The position numbers and the translations under genes were made by a program. A model generated the notes under the pieces. That model was given only the letters and a program-made list of their open reading frames with translations. It did not search any database and was not told the origin of the DNA. From positions 1-46,822 of IMG/VR virus record IMGVR_UViG_3300032304_000877: a DNA stretch of 46,822 bases; one strand, given 5' to 3'. The DNA comes from a virus (lineage: Duplodnaviria > Caudoviricetes). Below, in pieces: positions 17,239 to 24,204 of this stretch; the first letter of the stretch is position 1, and every line of letters starts with the position of its first letter.

Positions 17239-20200
17239 ATGTTTGCATTAGACCTATTTAACAACGACCACGAACGCCGACTTGCAGAAGGCGCGGTAGA
17301 TCAATTAGAGCAACGTAGAATTGACGACTTGGCCATGAAGATGGACGACCTAGTGGCTCGTGCAAAAAACCCAGCATACAAAAAGAATCCTGCGGCATTG
17401 GCTGCATTGATGAAAGAATTTCAAAAGTGCAAGGCCGAGCGTGACAGTTACTACAAGATACGAAACGAGACCATGGGCTATGGCAGTCTAGGCGAAACCG
17501 ATGACGTTCCAGTTGGTCGTATGCAACCGGGTACTCCAGAGTATGCCGCGGCTCGTAATCGTTCTGTAAAATATGCAGGTCTTCCAGATGTTGCTGATAA
17601 AGCCAACAAGATGGCTCGACTGAATCAACCTGGCAAAGTGGGCTCAGATGCAGTGTCCCCGCAACAACGTGTAAACCCCAACCCCGATAAAGGTATCATC
17701 GGTCATGCTGTGGATTGGTTACGTGGCAAGGGTGGCCCTGGCAAAGAAGGACCCACATATGAAGATTTAGATGAAGGTGCCGAAGATAGTAAAATTAGCA
17801 TAGCAAGATATGTATATGCACAAATCATGAATGCGTTGGAAAATAATCTTCAGTTTGCCACCATACAATGGCCACAAGGCAACATGCAAGGTCCCAAGCA
17901 AGATGCCACACTGAGTCGCAATCAGATGCATTTTTTGATCCAACGCTTGGTCAGTATGAGTCGCGAACAACGCAAACAGTTTACACATCAAGTCTTGACA
18001 GATCGTGTGGCAACCCTACAATGGTTGACCAACAAAAAGATAAAACCAGCTCCTACTCCGCCACAACCAATGGTAGATCCAACTCAAGGCAGTTTGCCGT
18101 TAGGCAAGCCGGTGGGCGAAGCTCGCGGTCAAAAAAAAAATTCTGACAAAGTAGACAGTCCTACAGCACAAAACGCTGAAGTTCAAAATAGATTAAGAAA
18201 ACTTCGCGCAGAATATCCCAGTGCCACCAACGATGTTGAAGCATTGGTACAGGATGAAATGGCCACTCAAGCACGAGTAGATCAAATTTTAAGTCAACAA
18301 CAGGCAGAAATTCAACAACAGGGCTCTGCTGTTGCACAGTTAAATCAAGCTAACCAACAACAAGATTCAAAGATAACAAGTTTACAACAACAGTTGGCCA
18401 CAGCACAGCGTGATTTACAACAACCTGCAACAAAACCCACAGTTGCAACACCCACTACTACAACGACTCAACCTGCACCAGTGGCAGATAAATCTACAAG
18501 CGTATCGGGACCCATTTATATTCCAGAACCAGTCACGGCCAAAGATCAAGAAATTTACGACAAGGTTCGGGACCTTGAAACCGAACTCAAAGGCAAAATT
18601 GATGCCATGGCCAGCTGGAATGCAGTTGCACAAAAAGACCCTCAAGCCAACAACGAACTTGAAGCACTACGCAAAGAAGTTGAACGCACTAGAACTGAAA
18701 TACAACGTCAGGTCAAAAAACTTACCAAACAAGTTAAAAAACACACAAAGTCATTACCCGCAACTGACCAAGCACCAACTAAAAACATGGGTGCAGTGCG
18801 TCGAGTGGCGTCTACTCCACAGTTGGGTCAAACTCCAACTGACGCAGGTGAACTTGGACGACAAATTGGCCAACGTGCCCAGGCCAACAAACAAGCAAAA
18901 TATGGCAAAAAGCCAACTGCGCCAACAACAACTGATTTAGATTTTCTTGATACTGACCAGGCAAATCAATATTTGAGTCGTTTTGCTAAAAACAAGCAGA
19001 ACGCAACAACTGTTGAGCCACGTCAAACTGAATTACAAATTGAGGAAGGCACAGCCGAACAGTTTGGTCAGGCCGTTCGTCAAGCTGATCTGACTGGACG
19101 AGAACTTGAACGTGATCCAGAATGGCGCAGACTGCAACAACAAAAAACACAACGAGAAAAAAACCTACTACGCAGTCAAGCCGGCTACGGCAATGATGCA
19201 GATGAATTTGGAGATATCACTGACATGAACGAAACAGTTAAAAAATTACAACAAGGCGATCCTATCACAGTCACAGCACCCAACGAGTTTGAAGGAGCCA
19301 CTGGTGAAATTTATGATTTTAGTCCCAGCAGAACATTTGTCATTGTGGACTTGTACAATCACGGCAAACACAGCATGCATCTGAGTGATGTTGAATACAA
19401 CCAATATGCCGCAGATCAGGACGATGATGAAGATGACTGGTATGATGATGAAGAATTAGACGAAGGAGCCATGAGTGAACTGGATATTGAGCGTCAAGAT
19501 CTTGATCGCATGACAGATCAGCAGTTCCTCAAGGCCTATGGTATCAGCAAAGAGTTTTGGAAGTACAAAAATCAAGCTCTGCTTAAAAAACCACGCCGGC
19601 GCCCAATGAGTGCTCAGCTGGCCCGCAGTGCGGTAGGACAAAAAATGAATACCATGTATGGATCAAATTGTCCCGGTTGCGGTCGTTCTGTCAATCCAGA
19701 TCGTTGCATATGTGAGAGCGTGGTCAATCCACAGTCTATTATTGCTCAAGTAACAAAAATTTTAGCAGGCGAAGCACGACGTTTTACCAATGCTCCAATG
19801 GCACAACTACTTGCTCCTATCATGAAACAATACAGTCTTACACTACCGCAAATTGACGGTATGATTCCAGGTGGCCTTAAACGAGCCGCTGGCGAATATG
19901 GTATTATGATGAAAGAAGGCTGGAGCGATGCGATTGTTTCTAAAAGATTAGGCACTCCACGCACACCTTATTCAGTTTATATCAAGGGCAAAAAGTGGAA
20001 AGACTTTGAAAATGACGATCACGCAGAAGCTGTAGCAAACAAATTACGAGCCAAATTCAAAGCCGAAGGACGTGATCCTAGTGTTATTACCATTGCTCCC
20101 ACTGATATGTCAGAAGCCACCGGCGATGACAAGTTTGATGCCATGATGGACAAAATAAGCAAAGATCCTTGGACACAGTTGAATTCAGATCCCAACTGGG

Positions 20201-22353
20201 AATACGAAATAGAAGAACTGGTTGATCAGCACATTGAACCATGGTTATTGGCCATGGAAAAAAGTGGCATGCTAATTACCCGGGACAACGAGACCTTGAA
20301 TCCCGGCTGGAGAAAACGTTACGAGCAGATATCGACTCAGCTGGCCCAGAAGTATCTGGCTTCTAAAAAATTCAATCCCAGAGATCCTGACCTGGTTGGC
20401 AAAATCCGTGTTGCCATAGATAATCATACTGACCAAAGCAGAAACGTACACGGACAGCTAAGTGCCTACGCAGACGATCTGCCCCTGCATCGCTATGCAG
20501 ACGCATTTGACGCAGACGGAATGACTGCCAATATACGCGATGCCATGGCAGGATTGGCACCACGTGATGATGACGATGACAGTTATGCATCACGCCCTGC
20601 AGCCAATCCACGTAAGCTGGATCCAGGCAATATGGAAGAAGCCAAAGCAGACCCTACTGGTAGTTGGATAGTGTACGGTGGCAACAAGGTAATGAAGTTT
20701 AAAACACACGCCGGTGCTAAGGCATACGCTGAGAAGAACGGTGGCAAGGTTGCTAGTAGCGAGTTCTATGCTGATCGGATTCAGAAGTCGAGTGTAGGCG
20801 AAGCTATTGTTGCTAGTGGACCAAGCAAACCACTAGACGATCGTGCTGTCAGAAAAATGGTTTGGGACACAATGAAGATCAATGCTGACACAGGCGAACA
20901 AGCCTTACAACGTGCTCTTGCTGTGTTGTCCAAAAAGCCACAAAGTCGTATGGTTCAGGATCTACAAGACAAGTTCCAAAGCCTAGCTGATCGTTTAGCA
21001 CAAGGTGTGTCAGAAGGTGCAATGAGTAACCTGCATGCTGATTTGGCTGATGTTTACAATCGCATGGCTCCTGGAATTCAACGCAACAGAGACAGTTTCA
21101 AAGCCAGCCAACTATACGACGCACTGGAAGCTGTTGCAGAACAACACGGCGCCGAAGCAGAATTCAACCGCATGATGAATGGTGCTAGAAATCGTGCTCA
21201 CATGGATTACGACACCAACCCAGGTGGTTTCCAAAACTGGTTCTGGTACTTGCCATTTGAGGACGAAGGTGTGGCTGAAGGATTGAAGTCAACTCTAGCC
21301 GGTGCTGCACTTGCTGGAGCAATGGCCTTAGGCGGCGCTGGCGCGGCACAAGCACAATCAGCATCCAGCGGCCCAAACCTAGCCAATCCCACAACAATTA
21401 TACAACAGATTCAGTCTGGCAAAATTCAAAATCAAAATGATTTGGCATCAGCTCTGGGCAATGCCAGTAATAAACAAGCGGTTTTTAAGATTCTTCAAAA
21501 CAAGGCTGGTCTGCCGGGACACGGCGCAGACAGTGTTATCAATGCTCTTGGCAAGAAAAGTGCCGCTGGTGCACAACAGCCAGCCGCTGGAGCACAACCT
21601 ACAGTAAAATCCGCAGGGCAATCTGGATCAATTATTCAAAGGCCCACAGACAACTTTGAAGGTAGAATAAAAGAAGAGTTTGACATGCCCGGAACAACTA
21701 TACCACTGAAAAGCGTGATACAAGGCTTCACTGTATTTTACAATCCTAAGACACGTGAAATCAGTATCACCCGTGGCGGTGACAGTGCAGAGGCTGCTAT
21801 AGAGCAAATACGTATCAAACAACCAACCATGTTGGCATTTAAATCTGCTGTGGAACGCTTAATCAACAAGATTGAAGATGATCAAGGTATAACAGAAGCT
21901 GAAAAAGAACCTACCACACGCCAAGAACTGTTGAACCGTGTGGACAAGATACAACGCATGATGACACAGGAACGCAATCCAGCCAATCTACAGATCCTGC
22001 GTAAAGAACTTGAAATGCTCAAGCAACGTTATCAGCATCTCAGAGAAGATAATGACAGCGAAGCTGTTGAACGTGCTATTCTTAATCGTATCATGGTTGC
22101 ACATACCGACTTGTTGATGAAGTTTGGACCAGACAAAGTTATGCAGGCCGCCGAAGAAGTTGCTTACAATGTAGGCGATGTGGACGAAATTGGCACCAGT
22201 GATGTCAGTGCTTATGTTCATCAAGTAAAACAAATACTTGGCGTTCCAGAAGAAGTCAAAGAAAAATGGTCACAAAAATACAAAAGCAGTATCAACTGTG
22301 CCAATCCAAAAGGTTTCTCACAAAAAGCTCATTGTGCCAGTAAGAAAAAATGA
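17239..22353 (+). CDS. giant multi-module protein (1704 aa) with coiled coil and many short modules; candidate internal-head polyprotein
   Basis: SD AAGGA; about 17 hydrophobic-x-E|G/A/S/T/D/K junctions (LAE|G, LDE|G, VGE|A, IEE|G, MKE|G, MSE|A, VSE|G, VAE|G, ITE|A, LRE|D, VKE|K). Confidence 0.75.
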   Translation: MFALDLFNNDHERRLAEGAVDQLEQRRIDDLAMKMDDLVARAKNPAYKKNPAALAALMKEFQKCKAERDSYYKIRNETMGYGSLGETDDVPVGRMQPGTPEYAAARNRSVKYAGLPDVADKANKMARLNQPGKVGSDAVSPQQRVNPNPDKGIIGHAVDWLRGKGGPGKEGPTYEDLDEGAEDSKISIARYVYAQIMNALENNLQFATIQWPQGNMQGPKQDATLSRNQMHFLIQRLVSMSREQRKQFTHQVLTDRVATLQWLTNKKIKPAPTPPQPMVDPTQGSLPLGKPVGEARGQKKNSDKVDSPTAQNAEVQNRLRKLRAEYPSATNDVEALVQDEMATQARVDQILSQQQAEIQQQGSAVAQLNQANQQQDSKITSLQQQLATAQRDLQQPATKPTVATPTTTTTQPAPVADKSTSVSGPIYIPEPVTAKDQEIYDKVRDLETELKGKIDAMASWNAVAQKDPQANNELEALRKEVERTRTEIQRQVKKLTKQVKKHTKSLPATDQAPTKNMGAVRRVASTPQLGQTPTDAGELGRQIGQRAQANKQAKYGKKPTAPTTTDLDFLDTDQANQYLSRFAKNKQNATTVEPRQTELQIEEGTAEQFGQAVRQADLTGRELERDPEWRRLQQQKTQREKNLLRSQAGYGNDADEFGDITDMNETVKKLQQGDPITVTAPNEFEGATGEIYDFSPSRTFVIVDLYNHGKHSMHLSDVEYNQYAADQDDDEDDWYDDEELDEGAMSELDIERQDLDRMTDQQFLKAYGISKEFWKYKNQALLKKPRRRPMSAQLARSAVGQKMNTMYGSNCPGCGRSVNPDRCICESVVNPQSIIAQVTKILAGEARRFTNAPMAQLLAPIMKQYSLTLPQIDGMIPGGLKRAAGEYGIMMKEGWSDAIVSKRLGTPRTPYSVYIKGKKWKDFENDDHAEAVANKLRAKFKAEGRDPSVITIAPTDMSEATGDDKFDAMMDKISKDPWTQLNSDPNWEYEIEELVDQHIEPWLLAMEKSGMLITRDNETLNPGWRKRYEQISTQLAQKYLASKKFNPRDPDLVGKIRVAIDNHTDQSRNVHGQLSAYADDLPLHRYADAFDADGMTANIRDAMAGLAPRDDDDDSYASRPAANPRKLDPGNMEEAKADPTGSWIVYGGNKVMKFKTHAGAKAYAEKNGGKVASSEFYADRIQKSSVGEAIVASGPSKPLDDRAVRKMVWDTMKINADTGEQALQRALAVLSKKPQSRMVQDLQDKFQSLADRLAQGVSEGAMSNLHADLADVYNRMAPGIQRNRDSFKASQLYDALEAVAEQHGAEAEFNRMMNGARNRAHMDYDTNPGGFQNWFWYLPFEDEGVAEGLKSTLAGAALAGAMALGGAGAAQAQSASSGPNLANPTTIIQQIQSGKIQNQNDLASALGNASNKQAVFKILQNKAGLPGHGADSVINALGKKSAAGAQQPAAGAQPTVKSAGQSGSIIQRPTDNFEGRIKEEFDMPGTTIPLKSVIQGFTVFYNPKTREISITRGGDSAEAAIEQIRIKQPTMLAFKSAVERLINKIEDDQGITEAEKEPTTRQELLNRVDKIQRMMTQERNPANLQILRKELEMLKQRYQHLREDNDSEAVERAILNRIMVAHTDLLMKFGPDKVMQAAEEVAYNVGDVDEIGTSDVSAYVHQVKQILGVPEEVKEKWSQKYKSSINCANPKGFSQKAHCASKKK

Positions 22354-22985
22354 AGATCAGCGATTTTGAAATCACCAATCATGACAAACTAGATCAAATC
22401 TTAGTGCGTCTTTGCGAGATGGTTGTGGAAGGACAATACAAAAAGAAACTGAATCTTGGTGTGGTTGCAGCCGCGGTGCTAGATCCCAACAACAACTGTG
22501 TGGTGGGTATCAACTATCCCACAAAAGACGGACGACGTGTTCACGGTGAACGAGCAGCCATTGACAGCTACGAGGCCCGTTTTGGAGCCATTCCAACAGG
22601 TAGCATCATCATTACAACCTGTAGCCCTTGCACACAACCCATGGACGAACGGTCCGGCATCAACTGTAGTGATCTCATTGATGAAGTTGGTGTACACAAG
22701 GTGTACGCCGGTTACAAGGATCCCACACAGGATTTTGGTAACAAGCGTTATCATATTGAAATCACACGCAATCCTAAAATTCAAGCATTATGTAAGGCCT
22801 TTGCTGACACATTTTTAAAAGATGAACTCAACGAACTTGAGTTCTTGGGATCACCATGCACCCGAGACTGTTCGGGACATCGTGCGGGCTATGCCTGGAG
22901 TCAAAGCAAAGGCGGGCGTGTGGCACAAAGCCCGTTTAGTCCCAGCTTCAATAATGGCAGCCAGCTTCATGTAGACGGTAAGTAA
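22350..22985 (+). CDS. zinc-dependent cytidine/nucleotide deaminase-fold protein with extra C-terminal module
   Basis: HGERAAI and TCSPC...C deaminase motifs; starts MKISDF; second module after LNE (PCTRDCSGHRAGY). Confidence 0.8.
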   Translation: MKISDFEITNHDKLDQILVRLCEMVVEGQYKKKLNLGVVAAAVLDPNNNCVVGINYPTKDGRRVHGERAAIDSYEARFGAIPTGSIIITTCSPCTQPMDERSGINCSDLIDEVGVHKVYAGYKDPTQDFGNKRYHIEITRNPKIQALCKAFADTFLKDELNELEFLGSPCTRDCSGHRAGYAWSQSKGGRVAQSPFSPSFNNGSQLHVDGK

Positions 22986-22989
22986 ACTC

Positions 22990-23634
22990 ATGAGTTTTTT
23001 GATAGCAAACATACCTCCTGTAAAATGTTTTGTACGCAGAGAGTTTTTATACAATCATGAACGTGGGCACGGCGAACTAGAACCCTGTTACTGGGTCACA
23101 GCCAAGGCCATCAAGGGTCAAGCCTTTAGAATAGAATGCATGCTGACCGAATACGGTGCACTCTACGACAAGTTGCCCATCAGTGCATATGTTTGGAAGC
23201 CGGTTGAGTCTGGTCAAGATCTTGAATTAGATCACCTACAAATTTGGGATTGCCTGGGCTACGACATAGCTGTGTTAGAAAAATCAAATTTGCGAGGACT
23301 CAAGGTCAAGTACTACGGCAAAGACAAGGCGTTTCATTTTGGGCAGTACCTGTTTACTATAGACTTTGCGGCTCCGGACCACAATAGATTAGATGTGTCA
23401 TTTGCAGAAGGTGTGCAAGAACACAAAAGCTACAACTTTATACGGTTAGATAATGGCCAGTTTGCCTGTCAGCCCAACAATCGTTGCTTATGGTACGATG
23501 TGAGTCTAGTACCTGCTCAACTTAAAACTCCTGACTTCAAAATACCCACCGAAGTGTATTGTGTAGAAAATCGGGCCAAATGGTCCGCAGGTGGTGACGA
23601 CTCATGGTTTTATCGCGGAACTGATACAGAATGA
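22990..23634 (+). CDS. hypothetical phage protein (214 aa)
   Basis: Long ORF rich in aromatic residues; no function recognised. Confidence 0.75.
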   Translation: MSFLIANIPPVKCFVRREFLYNHERGHGELEPCYWVTAKAIKGQAFRIECMLTEYGALYDKLPISAYVWKPVESGQDLELDHLQIWDCLGYDIAVLEKSNLRGLKVKYYGKDKAFHFGQYLFTIDFAAPDHNRLDVSFAEGVQEHKSYNFIRLDNGQFACQPNNRCLWYDVSLVPAQLKTPDFKIPTEVYCVENRAKWSAGGDDSWFYRGTDTE

Positions 23635-23705
23635 ACCAATATCCAATTACTCCAGAACAACAAGGTGACGAGGATCGTAAACTTAATCCTTACGCACCAA
23701 CCTAA
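23631..23705 (+). CDS. possible 24-aa peptide MNQYPITPEQQGDEDRKLNPYAPT
   Basis: ATGA overlap with the upstream stop; TAA at 23703-23705; too short for the ORF track. Confidence 0.4.
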   Translation: MNQYPITPEQQGDEDRKLNPYAPT

Positions 23706-23797
23706 CACCTACCTTAGGGCCTTATGGTCACGGTGTGCCCGGCTGCTGGGCTAACATATATGGGAGTCGTGCCCCGGAATGTATGTTTAAAGTGAGC
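23705..23797 (+). ncRNA. candidate structured non-coding RNA (unassigned family)
   Basis: GC-rich intergenic island with stems ACACC/GGTGT (enclosing GGCC/GGTC), GCCC/GGGC and AACATATA/TGTATGTT (enclosing GGG/CCC). Confidence 0.5.
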
Positions 23798-23812
23798 TTT
23801 ACCAAAATCCTC

Positions 23813-23841
23813 TTGCTTTTTTTTAAATAAACCTGTATAAT
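23813..23841 (+). promoter_or_regulatory. sigma70-type promoter with nested TAAATA late core
   Basis: TTGCTT-17-TATAAT; TAAATA at 23824-23829. Confidence 0.65.
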
Positions 23842-23867
23842 AGTAAAAACTTACTCAGGAGAAACAA

Positions 23868-24128
23868 ATGTCAGATCGCGTATTCACAGCAGACCAAACA
23901 AATAAACTTACACAAATTATCAATGAAGGCATGTCAGTAATGTCCGAAATTGAAACCTTAACAGGCGGACTCAATGACACAGTGAAGGCCATTGCTGAAG
24001 AATTAGATATCAAGCCAAACATTCTCAAGAAAGCTATCAAGCTAGCACACAAGAGTGAGTTCGGTCGTGAACAACAAGATCACGAATTGCTAGAACAAAT
24101 TTTAGTGCAAGTGGGCAAAACATTATAA
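23868..24128 (+). CDS. T4 DsbA/GapR-like small dsDNA-binding protein
   Basis: 86-aa helical protein (IINEG...EIE...D.VKAIAEELDIKP.ILKKAIKLAHK) directly upstream of the DNA polymerase; SD AGGAG. Confidence 0.6.
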   Translation: MSDRVFTADQTNKLTQIINEGMSVMSEIETLTGGLNDTVKAIAEELDIKPNILKKAIKLAHKSEFGREQQDHELLEQILVQVGKTL

Positions 24129-24204
24129 GTACTGTTTTAACAACAGCGAGTCGTTCCCGTAAGGAACATGAATCATGGCTAACCGGCCATAAACGGAGAA
24201 AAAT

